DNA of 64,000 bases from the NCBI GenBank assembly GCA_016180525.1, contig JACPBB010000003.1, positions 38,395-102,394 on the forward strand, given 5' to 3'. The DNA is from Parcubacteria group bacterium (GTDB lineage: Bacteria > Patescibacteriota > Minisyncoccia > Phycocordibacterales > UBA2135). The notes under the pieces were generated by a model. The model saw nothing but the letters and a program-made list of their open reading frames with translations. It did no database searches and was not told where the DNA came from. Numbering within the stretch: the first letter of the stretch is position 1; every line of letters begins with the position of its first letter. Below are positions 40,401 through 48,994 of the stretch, in pieces. The translations under genes were made by a program, and so were the position numbers.

Positions 40401-40931
40401 TTATTCACCCTTTTGTTCGCTTTTTCGTGCCTTACCCGTCTTTCTCGCGAGCTGCTCACTCTGTTTTCTGTATGAAAACAGAAACACGATGAGTAACAGC
40501 ACAAATAAAATATGGAGCCCGTATTCGCTCAAAAATGGATATCCGGGAATATACAATTCATAAACCCTCACAAGCAAAACTAAAACAAACAACGCGATAA
40601 ATGTCCTATACATATTGTTTGCCTCCGTGTAGATGTTGATTTTCTCATCTGTTCTCGCGAGCGTGACAAGCTTATCTCCATCAAATGATTTTACAAATGA
40701 AATGTCTTTAAGAATCGGCTCAATAACGAGGGAGCCAAATCTGCTTACCACGAGTCCGGCAAAATAATACACAAAAATGCCGATAATAATGTCTGGATGG
40801 ATGAGCGAATATGAAGTAAATTTTTCAAGCGCGACAACAAACAAAACCCCCGGAAGCAGGTAATTAAAAAGATTATACGAAGTTATTTTGTTTAGAAGGT
40901 CTTTCATCCCGTTTATTATAGCATTAATCAA
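40401..40931 (-). CDS. Hypothetical membrane protein
   Basis: 176 aa, about 4 TM helices. Confidence 0.35.
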   Translation of the reverse strand: MINAIINGMKDLLNKITSYNLFNYLLPGVLFVVALEKFTSYSLIHPDIIIGIFVYYFAGLVVSRFGSLVIEPILKDISFVKSFDGDKLVTLARTDEKINIYTEANNMYRTFIALFVLVLLVRVYELYIPGYPFLSEYGLHILFVLLLIVFLFSYRKQSEQLARKTGKARKSEQKGE

Positions 40932-40963
40932 ATCGTCTACGAGAGTTCCGTTATCCCCTTAAC

Positions 40964-40999
40964 AACATTCCAATCCGCCAGCTGGCGGATTGGAATGTT
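40964..40999. repeat. Perfect 18-bp palindrome, member 1 of the 'AACATTCCAA' palindromic element family
   Basis: aacattccaatccgccag|ctggcggattggaatgtt; it shares its outer arms and flanks (cctta... / ...gttgtatg) with 44760..44789. Confidence 0.6.
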
Positions 41000-41030
41000 G
41001 TATGGTTAAAAAATCGCTTTTCCGTCGTAA

Positions 41031-41735
41031 TCAATTTTTTGCAAACTCCGCGCCGAAACTGTGAATCTTTACAGACTTTTTCCATTTAAAATTCTTGTCT
41101 ATTTTCAATCCCGTTGGTTTTTTAACGACAAAGAATTTTTTCTGAAAAAAATTGAGGCTGTGAGCCAATTGTTGAATTTCAGGCTTGGTGTGCATAAAAC
41201 CAGTGAGTTTTATTTTGCCTAAATTATACTGAACTGTTTGCCCAATTAAGTTTTTGTTTTTAATTTCATAATAATCAGAAGCCACAAAAAGAGACCCTCG
41301 GGGTTTAAGGATCCGATAAAATTCTTTAAATACTGTATGCAAATCTGAAACCTGTGGAAGAGAATAGATAGAGAGAATGATGTCAATTGAATTGGCAGGC
41401 AGTTTTGTTTTTGTAAAATCTCCCTTTTTAACTTCTAAATTAGTGAGATTGAACATTTTCTTCCTTTTTTTAGCCAGATTAAGCATAAAATCACTTATAT
41501 CCATACAAATTACCCTTTTTGCACCTCGCTGTAAGGCAAGGTGGGAAAAATATCCAGAGCCCCCTCCTGCATCAAATATAGTTTTGCCCGACAAATTTTT
41601 AGGAAGAAATTTTAAAAGCTTATCTAAAACTTCACTGTCAATCTTTCCTTCATCTCTAATTTTCTCATGCGCTCTGCCAATCCTGTTATAAAGTTTTCTG
41701 GCGAGTTTTGTAGCTTCTGCTTGAGTAATTTTCAT
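41031..41735 (-). CDS. Class I SAM-dependent methyltransferase
   Basis: Motif I 'IFDAGGGSGYFS', motif II 'RVICMDIS', and post-I acidic residues. Confidence 0.7.
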   Translation of the reverse strand: MKITQAEATKLARKLYNRIGRAHEKIRDEGKIDSEVLDKLLKFLPKNLSGKTIFDAGGGSGYFSHLALQRGAKRVICMDISDFMLNLAKKRKKMFNLTNLEVKKGDFTKTKLPANSIDIILSIYSLPQVSDLHTVFKEFYRILKPRGSLFVASDYYEIKNKNLIGQTVQYNLGKIKLTGFMHTKPEIQQLAHSLNFFQKKFFVVKKPTGLKIDKNFKWKKSVKIHSFGAEFAKN

Positions 41736-41775
41736 AATTTAATTTTTATGCGGAGATTTTTTTATACAGCCATTA

Positions 41776-42738
41776 CTAATACGCTGTCGTAAGAGTGCGG
41801 TGGTATGGCTTATCGTTGGGATTTTTTGTTTGTCCCATGAGCCATAGGTGGTCGTTGATGCCGATTGAAGGAGTCTGCTTGCCGTTTTTACCGAGCTCCG
41901 TTTTCATTTTCTCTACTGCCCAAATGGTGTTTGCCCTAATCTCAACCTCCTCCGAACTGCCATGTGGAATTTGGACAAACGTATCTATTTTTTTCTCAAG
42001 TTCTGTCGCATACGTCAGTATCCCCAGCTTTCTTAAAGATTGTGGCAGTTTATAATCCGCGCACGCGGTAAACTCTTCCAAATGACTTAAATCGCCGAAC
42101 CCCTCAGCGCCAAAAGTTTGGTATATATCTTCAACTAAAAGCTGCGCTCGTTTATAAAAATACACTTTTTTACCTTCATATAAAGAGACGTCTTCAAACG
42201 AGGGGAAATTAGTAATAATAAGGCCAAGTAGTTTTGTAGCATTTCCCTTTGCCGCCTGAACAAATTTTACGAAATTGCCATCGTATTTTTCTAAAAGGAT
42301 GGATGCGACTTCTTTTGTTATTTTCCATCTTTCCTCAAGAAGCGGTATCTCAGCATTCCCCCGAAGTATTTTTTGATACTCTTCTTTACTGATTGCGGAA
42401 CGATACTCTATATCTAAAATAGGCACCCCCTCCTCAATCGCTCGCATTATCGCGGCAATCATACCCCAAGACCCGTCATATCGTTCCCCCTTCCACTCAA
42501 GCGTCCATTTTGGATCGCCCCAATAGCAAAAACTTGTTGAATTAAAAACAAGGAGCAGATTCAGCTTATCAATATCTTTAAGGTGTGAGAATGCGATTGG
42601 TGACCCGCTCAACCAATGCGGAAGATTTCCATGCTGAAATGTCTTACAAAACGTAGCGATGTTCTCATTATTTATTTTGACGCTTTTTGAACTATCAACT
42701 ACAAAACGAGTTGTTTCCAAGATTTTATTCATAACCAC
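41776..42738 (-). CDS. Queuosine salvage family protein (DUF2419/Q_salvage; Q-nucleoside/nucleotide hydrolase-like)
   Basis: Size and blocks 'FCYWGDPKW', 'YFYKRAQLLVEDIY', 'ACADYKLPQSLRKLGIL' resemble the DUF2419 (QNG1/C9orf64) family; recalled from memory, not searched. Confidence 0.5.
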   Translation of the reverse strand: MVMNKILETTRFVVDSSKSVKINNENIATFCKTFQHGNLPHWLSGSPIAFSHLKDIDKLNLLLVFNSTSFCYWGDPKWTLEWKGERYDGSWGMIAAIMRAIEEGVPILDIEYRSAISKEEYQKILRGNAEIPLLEERWKITKEVASILLEKYDGNFVKFVQAAKGNATKLLGLIITNFPSFEDVSLYEGKKVYFYKRAQLLVEDIYQTFGAEGFGDLSHLEEFTACADYKLPQSLRKLGILTYATELEKKIDTFVQIPHGSSEEVEIRANTIWAVEKMKTELGKNGKQTPSIGINDHLWLMGQTKNPNDKPYHRTLTTAY

Positions 42739-42760
42739 AGTATATCAAATTAGAAAATTT

Positions 42761-43219
42761 TTATTGGGTATGCAGAAATTGTTTACTAAACTCCGCGCGG
42801 ATTGCGTCGCGAATGGCAAACAGTTTTTCTTCAGGAAGTTTCAGGTCGGGTTTTATTGGATAATTTTTCCCCCACTGCTCATCTACAAATGTAATGCCAA
42901 GATATGTCCGAGGAGATTTATATCGCGGAATAAAATGCATGTGCCCGTGTCCTTTGTGTTCACGAAACATGTTTCCGAGCCACGCGTAATTCATGTGGTC
43001 AGGTTGCCAGAGATTTCCAAGAACTTTTTCATACTCTTCGGCAATTCTTTTGAGCTCGTTTAATTCTTGAGGAGTTAATTGAGAAAACCTCTGCATTTCG
43101 CCAGGTCGAGAAAGCCACGCGTACGCGCGCCCCAAATAATACTGGTCGTCATGAAGAAAGAGCGTGAAGTGCTCATACTTCTTCAACACAAACGGCTCAT
43201 ACTGCGGCAAATAGGTCAT
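42761..43219 (-). CDS. HIT-family (histidine triad) hydrolase
   Basis: 'HKGHGHMHFIP' is the H-phi-H-phi-H-phi-phi histidine triad. Confidence 0.6.
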   Translation of the reverse strand: MTYLPQYEPFVLKKYEHFTLFLHDDQYYLGRAYAWLSRPGEMQRFSQLTPQELNELKRIAEEYEKVLGNLWQPDHMNYAWLGNMFREHKGHGHMHFIPRYKSPRTYLGITFVDEQWGKNYPIKPDLKLPEEKLFAIRDAIRAEFSKQFLHTQ

Positions 43220-43372
43220 GATTTAGTTTTTATCTTTGCGCTTCATTAGAGTTGGGGTTGAATCAGTGGTTCCAATAAAATAATAAATTGGTGTCAGGTA
43301 CTTTTTATTTTTTCTTAATTCAAAAATACTGTTTTTTAATGTTTATTTTATCCATTCACTAAATAAACTATC

Positions 43373-43696
43373 TCAAATACCAATTTCAATTTTCCACTCC
43401 ATTGGAATCAGGGTTAAGTTTATAGGATATTTAAAATCTGTAGATTGTTTCCAATCCGTAAGCTTTAATTTGAGTTCTTTGATAAGTTTGTCAGCATCTT
43501 TAATTTTCTGCGCGGACATTCTTACAAATATTTCCACAGGAGCAATTTTAACTTTTATATGAGCTGAATTGGTATATGTAAAAACATCTTCTATCCCCGT
43601 AACCTCGGAAACAATATCCCGAACAGCTTTTGATAGAGCTTGTATATCCCCTTCGGAGATCTGCTCATTGTCATATTCAATATTAATCATTGGCAT
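43373..43696 (-). CDS. Hypothetical small protein (possible tautomerase-like, N-terminal Met-Pro)
   Basis: Begins MPMINIEY...; Pro1 after Met removal is the hallmark of tautomerase superfamily members, but this is weak. Very low GC. Confidence 0.3.
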   Translation of the reverse strand: MPMINIEYDNEQISEGDIQALSKAVRDIVSEVTGIEDVFTYTNSAHIKVKIAPVEIFVRMSAQKIKDADKLIKELKLKLTDWKQSTDFKYPINLTLIPMEWKIEIGI

Positions 43697-43720
43697 AATA
43701 TGTGTATTAAAATTCTTATA

Positions 43721-43752
43721 AATTAATTCTCAAATACTGCTTCTATATTATT
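43721..43752. repeat. 32-nt direct repeat, copy 1 (5'-leader/promoter element of 43373..43696)
   Basis: ttaattctcaaatactgcttctatattatttc; 31/32 identical to 44719..44750. Confidence 0.6.
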
Positions 43753-44692
43753 TCTTTGATTTAAAAAGTTGTTTATTAAATTCTTCACGACCCATTGTGT
43801 TTAAAAATTTTATTTTTTCTTTTTCACTTTCAAAATCTCCTTCTTCTCCCCAGCTAATTCCCAGAAGAATAATGAGTTTTAATGCATCAAAAATATGCAG
43901 CCGTTCTTCTGTGTCAAGCACACGATATTTTATATACTCCTCTATGATAAAAGCGGCTTCATATTCCTTAAACCCCCTCTTTGGAGGGAATGCCCACCAA
44001 TATATAAGTCCTGCGACATCATAGATAAGGTAAAAATAAAAACTCATATCAAAATCAAGAACGGCAACAATATCTTTACCTTTAAACAAAAAGTTGCTGT
44101 AATTTAAATCGGCGTGACAAATACCTTTCGGCATACTATTCGGCAACTGTATATCTTCCAATTCATTTTTAAGCCATTGTTCGCGCTTCGGTAAACTTTC
44201 TGTTCGATTCTGTTTGCAATATATTCTCAAACAATAATCAGCATCAAATGGCTCTCTGTCTTTAAAAAATTCAAGTTCATTATTTTTAGTGATGTTGTGC
44301 AGTTGTGCTATTAGTTTTATAACTTCAGCAATTTCTGTTTTGTTAAACGCGTCATTTGGATTTTGGCCGTGCGTGCCTTCAATAAATGCCGTAATCATGT
44401 ACGGCTTTTCTTTATATATTCCAAAAAAATCTCCAGTGCGATTTTTGATTATAGAAAGAACCGGGTAGTTGCTATCTTGCAAAAAATTAATCAGTTGCAC
44501 TTCAAATGCAACGTGTTTTTTTGTTCTGTTTTCGTAGTATCGTAAAACAAATTTTCCTTCGGTGGTTTTTAGAAGAACAGTTGTCTGTCCTGCCCCGCTC
44601 CCAAATGTTTCATAGCCGCAATATTCTCCCACGTCATAGTTTGACAGAATTTCAAGAAAATCATTTTCATTTATGGTAGTTTGTACAGGCAT
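43748..44692 (-). CDS. Aminoglycoside/choline-kinase-type phosphotransferase (APH family)
   Basis: Catalytic loop 'ICHADLNYSNFLF' (H-x-D-x-x-x-x-N) and 'VLDFDMSF' (D-F-D); 314 aa; very low GC. Confidence 0.65.
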   Translation of the reverse strand: MPVQTTINENDFLEILSNYDVGEYCGYETFGSGAGQTTVLLKTTEGKFVLRYYENRTKKHVAFEVQLINFLQDSNYPVLSIIKNRTGDFFGIYKEKPYMITAFIEGTHGQNPNDAFNKTEIAEVIKLIAQLHNITKNNELEFFKDREPFDADYCLRIYCKQNRTESLPKREQWLKNELEDIQLPNSMPKGICHADLNYSNFLFKGKDIVAVLDFDMSFYFYLIYDVAGLIYWWAFPPKRGFKEYEAAFIIEEYIKYRVLDTEERLHIFDALKLIILLGISWGEEGDFESEKEKIKFLNTMGREEFNKQLFKSKK

Positions 44693-44718
44693 AGAAATCG
44701 CTGTCAGATACTTTTTTA

Positions 44719-44750
44719 TTAATTCCCAAATACTGCTTCTATATTATTTC
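44719..44750. repeat. 32-nt direct repeat, copy 2 (5'-leader/promoter element of the APH-like gene)
   Basis: ttaattcccaaatactgcttctatattatttc. Confidence 0.6.
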
Positions 44751-44759
44751 CCTTACTGA

Positions 44760-44789
44760 CATTCCAACATTCTCAAGAATGTTGGAATG
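44760..44789. repeat. Palindromic element, member 2 of the 'AACATTCCAA' family
   Basis: cattccaacattct-ca-agaatgttggaatg (14-bp perfect stem). Confidence 0.6.
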
Positions 44790-44792
44790 TTG

Positions 44793-45128
44793 TTATGTTA
44801 TTTTTCCTCTTTGGAAAAAATTTATGAGGGTTTTATTGGCAAATTTTTTAACATCCTCCGGGGGAGGTTCATAATAAGAAACTTCTACTCTTCCATTTCT
44901 AAAATAAACATAGCCTTGCAATAATATATCACTGAGCTCAATGCCCATTGCGTGGCGTACAAGCGCATGTCCTTCGTGAGAAAGATATAACTTAAAATTT
45001 TTTGTTCCTACAAGCGTAATATCATTTCCGTTTGAAAATCTTTCTTGAACGATTTTCCTGGAAGACCCGACCCCGAATTTAATTTCAAATTCCGGAACAT
45101 ATTCTTTGCTTTCAAAATTTTTTTCCAT
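44793..45128 (-). CDS. Hypothetical protein
   Basis: 111 aa, no motif, low GC. Confidence 0.3.
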   Translation of the reverse strand: MEKNFESKEYVPEFEIKFGVGSSRKIVQERFSNGNDITLVGTKNFKLYLSHEGHALVRHAMGIELSDILLQGYVYFRNGRVEVSYYEPPPEDVKKFANKTLINFFQRGKIT

Positions 45129-45271
45129 TACTTTGAGAATATATTAAAAAAATTATTTATGCAAAATGTTAAATTCCTCTCAATGAAAAAAGGGGCTCAC
45201 ATGTTTTAAATAGTTGACAAATAAACTATAATATATTATAAATTAATTTAGAGGTTCAAAACTACTTCAAG

Positions 45272-46528
45272 GTGCGGCATATGCGGTGGTTTGATGTCAT
45301 CGGACTCATTCTCACTATTTCGGCATTCTTCAGTTTCTTGAATTATAAGTTCTTTAAACTACCCAAAACCGTGGGGCTCATGATTATCTCTCTCGGTTCC
45401 GCATTCTGTCTTATGGGACTTGAAATGATGGGAATTGGTTCAACCGTAAAATTAGCAGAAGCTCTGCACTCCATTAACTTTAGTGAAACACTACTACAAG
45501 GAGTCTTATGTTTCCTGCTATTCGCCGGAGCCCTTCATATTGATATTGGAGATTTTCTTGAACAAAAATGGTCAATTGGTTTTCTCGCCTCTCTGGGTGT
45601 TGTCATATCCGCATTCATTATTGGAGTAGGCGCGTATGTATTGTTTCCGTTATTTGGATTTACACTACCCTTTTTGGTCTGCTTCCTTTTCGGAGCGCTC
45701 ATTTCTCCAACTGACCCAGTCGCGACTCTCGCCATTCTCAAAAACTCAAAAGCCCCAACAAGTATTAAAATGAAAATCGCGGGAGAATCGCTTTTAAATG
45801 ATGGCATGGCAGTTGTGTTGTTCGTGGTGGCGCTTACTCTTCTCAATAATGAAAAAAGCGTATCTTCAATGGATGTCGTAGTGATGTTTGTGCAAGAAGT
45901 ACTCGGGGGTATCGCGTATGGACTTGCTATTGGCTATATTGCCTACGAACTTATTCGGCGCGTTGATGACTATAATGTGGAAATATTACTCTCGCTTTCT
46001 CTCGTGACGGGGGGCTATGCGCTCGCTTCAGTGCTTCATGTTTCAGGACCCCTTGCAATGGCAGTTGCCGGACTCTTTATAGGAAACCATGCCCGAAAAT
46101 ATGGAATGTCCGAAAAAACTCGCAAACATCTTGATATTTTCTGGAATGTCATTGACGATGTTCTCAATGTAATATTGTTTGTCCTTGTTGGACTTGAGGC
46201 GCTACTCATCAACGTAGAGCATGAGTACGCGCTCGCGGGACTTTTTATAATTCCACTCGTACTCTGTGCGCGCTTTATAAGTGTCTCGGCGGGAGCTGTA
46301 CTTTTGCGGCCGCTCAAGCCCTTTAGCCCAAATTCTATCCCCTTGCTAACCTGGGGAGGACTACGCGGCGGCATTTCATTTGCTTTAGCGCTTTCCTTGC
46401 CATATGGGGAAGGACGAGACGCGCTCATTCTTATTACATATATGGTTGTCGTGTTTTCCGTTATTGCGCAAGGGCTCACTATGAATAAAATTTTTGCCTA
46501 CCTTGAAGGCAAAAATAGTGTGTCGTAA
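45272..46528 (+). CDS. Na+/H+ antiporter, CPA1 (NhaP-type) family
   Basis: 12-13 TM helices, 'FGALISPTDPVATLAIL' (the conserved CPA1 TDP region), 418 aa. Confidence 0.8.
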   Translation: MRHMRWFDVIGLILTISAFFSFLNYKFFKLPKTVGLMIISLGSAFCLMGLEMMGIGSTVKLAEALHSINFSETLLQGVLCFLLFAGALHIDIGDFLEQKWSIGFLASLGVVISAFIIGVGAYVLFPLFGFTLPFLVCFLFGALISPTDPVATLAILKNSKAPTSIKMKIAGESLLNDGMAVVLFVVALTLLNNEKSVSSMDVVVMFVQEVLGGIAYGLAIGYIAYELIRRVDDYNVEILLSLSLVTGGYALASVLHVSGPLAMAVAGLFIGNHARKYGMSEKTRKHLDIFWNVIDDVLNVILFVLVGLEALLINVEHEYALAGLFIIPLVLCARFISVSAGAVLLRPLKPFSPNSIPLLTWGGLRGGISFALALSLPYGEGRDALILITYMVVVFSVIAQGLTMNKIFAYLEGKNSVS

Positions 46529-46542
46529 AATTTACAAACACA

Positions 46543-46570
46543 AAGCCCGCTTTTGAGCGGGTTTTTTTGT
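46543..46570 (+). terminator. Rho-independent terminator
   Basis: cccgct-tttg-agcggg followed by ttttttt. Confidence 0.6.
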
Positions 46571-46603
46571 TTTACCTAACTACGGACCGACTAATCTTTG
46601 TTC

Positions 46604-48436
46604 TCAATTCCGTCTATGTTTAACTCGCTCATTTTCCGTGAGATGTTGTTTACGAAGCCTAACGGATGCAGGTGTTACTTCAAGAAATTCATCTTCCGTC
46701 ATCACCTCAAGCCCGCGTTCAATCGTAAGCGTGTAGGGCGGAGTAAGAACTATCGCTTCATCTGCGGCTTTTGAACGAACGTTGCTAAATGCTTTTCCTT
46801 TTGTCGGGTTCACCATCATCTCCTCACCTTTTGCGGTATTCCCAATAACCATTCCTTCGTACACCCCCGTACCGGGACCAATGTAAAGCACTCCACGCTC
46901 CTGCAAATACCATAATGCGTAGCCGAGCGCCTTGCCTGTTGCCATTGAAATCATGGAGCCCACGACTCGTTTTTGAATTTCTCCGGCATGTTTTCTAAAG
47001 CCCACAACACGTGAAGAAAGAATGCCTTCTCCCTTCGTGTCAATAACAAACTGACTTCTGTATCCCAAAAGCCCGCGAGTCGGCCCTTCAAAGAAAATCC
47101 GCACCGAAACACCCTCTTGTGTCTGTGACATATTGGTGAGTACAAAGCCACGCTTCCCCAGCCGCTCAATAATAATTCCCTGATATTCCTGCGGCGTGTC
47201 CACAATAACTTCTTCAAACGGTTCAAGCAGCACGCCGTTTTCTTCTTTCGTAATGACGCGCGGCTGTGAAACTTGTACCTCGTACCCCGCGCGGCGCATA
47301 TTTTCAAGAAGAATCGCGATGTGGAGTTCTCCCCTACCTGAAACACGGAAATACTCCGTGGATGAGAAATCAACACGAAGTCCCACATTGACTTCAATCT
47401 CACGCTTTAGATATTCACGAAGCTGGCGCGAAGTGACATATTTCCCCTCCTTTCCCGCAAATGGCGAGTTGTTTACTAAAAAAGAAAGTTCTATGGTCGG
47501 CTCGTCAACAGCAATTGCAGGAAGCGGCGGAGAGCCTTCGTTGTCGGTAACCGTCTCTCCAATGTAAATATCAGGAAGCCCGGCAATAAGCGCGATGTCT
47601 CCCGCGCCGATTAGAGGAGCCTCAACTTTTTGAATTCCGTTAAAACTAAAGATTTTTGTTATTTTTCCCGTTCGCGTTTCTCCCTGACCAGGTAGGCTCT
47701 CTCCGATCAATCCGCGCGGCTTTTTTATAAACACATTCATATTCGGCTTCACGGTACCTTCATAAATTCGCGCGACGGCAAGCCGTCCTAAAAAATTATC
47801 GTATCCAAGATTAAACGGCTGAAAGAGGAGCGGTTTTTCACGAAGTACCTGTGATGAAGCTGGGGGTATGTGAGAGAGAATCGTATCTAAAAGCGGAGAA
47901 AGATCTTTTGACTCGTCTTCAAGTTTTAATTTTGCGATACCCTGCTTTCCGATAGCATATACAATCGGAAAATGCGCCTGCGTATCGGAAGCGCCCAGTT
48001 CAAGAAACAAATCAAGTACTTGCTCTTCGGTGCGATGCGGGTCTGCCGCGGGCCGGTCAATTTTATTAATGACCACAATCGGCCGTAATCCAAGCTCAAG
48101 AGATTTTTTAAGAACAAACCTTGTCTGCGGCATCGGCCCCTCCTGCGCGTCAACAACAAGAAGCACCGAGTCAATGGAGCGCAACACGCGTTCAACCTCA
48201 GAGCCAAAGTCGGCATGTCCCGGTGTATCCACAATATTTATTTTTGTTCCTTTATACATGAGTGAGGCATTTTTCGCGTATATAGTAATGCCACGCTCAA
48301 GCTCAAGCGTGTTTGAGTCCATTGACGCACCCTCTTTCTCTGCGCCCGTCTCCCGCAGGAGAGCGTCAGTTAAAGTGGTTTTCCCATGGTCAACGTGAGC
48401 AATAATCGCGATATTACGTATTTCAGTGGGTTTCAT
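46604..48436 (-). CDS. typA: Translational GTPase TypA/BipA
   Basis: 'IRNIAIIAHVDHGKTTLTDALL' G1, 'DTPGHADF' G3, 'NKIDR' G4; 610 aa with the EF-G-like domain order. Confidence 0.9.
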   Translation of the reverse strand: MKPTEIRNIAIIAHVDHGKTTLTDALLRETGAEKEGASMDSNTLELERGITIYAKNASLMYKGTKINIVDTPGHADFGSEVERVLRSIDSVLLVVDAQEGPMPQTRFVLKKSLELGLRPIVVINKIDRPAADPHRTEEQVLDLFLELGASDTQAHFPIVYAIGKQGIAKLKLEDESKDLSPLLDTILSHIPPASSQVLREKPLLFQPFNLGYDNFLGRLAVARIYEGTVKPNMNVFIKKPRGLIGESLPGQGETRTGKITKIFSFNGIQKVEAPLIGAGDIALIAGLPDIYIGETVTDNEGSPPLPAIAVDEPTIELSFLVNNSPFAGKEGKYVTSRQLREYLKREIEVNVGLRVDFSSTEYFRVSGRGELHIAILLENMRRAGYEVQVSQPRVITKEENGVLLEPFEEVIVDTPQEYQGIIIERLGKRGFVLTNMSQTQEGVSVRIFFEGPTRGLLGYRSQFVIDTKGEGILSSRVVGFRKHAGEIQKRVVGSMISMATGKALGYALWYLQERGVLYIGPGTGVYEGMVIGNTAKGEEMMVNPTKGKAFSNVRSKAADEAIVLTPPYTLTIERGLEVMTEDEFLEVTPASVRLRKQHLTENERVKHRRN

Positions 48437-48534
48437 ATTATGGTTTTGTTTACCGCTTCTCGCCCCGTAGTAAGCTTTGCTTTACTACTGGGGTGGTCAA
48501 CGTGGGCAATGATAGCGATATTTCTAATTTCCAT
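48433..48534 (-). CDS. 33-aa upstream mini-ORF whose first 14 residues duplicate the TypA N-terminus; its stop overlaps the typA ATG (ATGA)
   Basis: MEIRNIAIIAHVDHPSSKAKLTTGREAVNKTII; its nucleotides are about 75% identical to typA codons 1-18. Confidence 0.25.
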   Translation of the reverse strand: MEIRNIAIIAHVDHPSSKAKLTTGREAVNKTII

Positions 48535-48629
48535 AATAAAAAAGGCTGCAAAGCCAGAAGAGTGTATAGAGTAAGAATAACACGAAATTATCCAAAACAA
48601 ATTTTGAGGAATGGGAAATGGTCTCTTGT

Positions 48630-48953
48630 CTAATTAAGACAAACACCGTCAGAACAAACAAGGAACACAAAAAAGAAGAAGGTAAACAAAATTGGTATGA
48701 GCGGGAACATCACAAAGTGTTTAGCGCGAGCGTAATTTTGCTTATGGTAAAACCAGATTGATGAAATTACCGAAATAAAAACAATAATAGGATATGACCA
48801 TATAATAATTACCACTATAAAAACGAGTACATCCCATATCGGACCAGCAGAACTGTCTCCCAGAAATCCTGCAAGAAGAGCAACAATAAACCATGGAGCT
48901 AGCGATGCAACCCAGATTAAATTTAGAATGATCAAGATTATTTTTGGATTCAT
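48630..48953 (-). CDS. Small membrane protein, hypothetical
   Basis: 107 aa, 3 TM helices. Confidence 0.3.
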   Translation of the reverse strand: MNPKIILIILNLIWVASLAPWFIVALLAGFLGDSSAGPIWDVLVFIVVIIIWSYPIIVFISVISSIWFYHKQNYARAKHFVMFPLIPILFTFFFFVFLVCSDGVCLN

Positions 48954-48994
48954 GTAAATTTAATATAACATATTCAAATGTGAACGCGCAAAGT

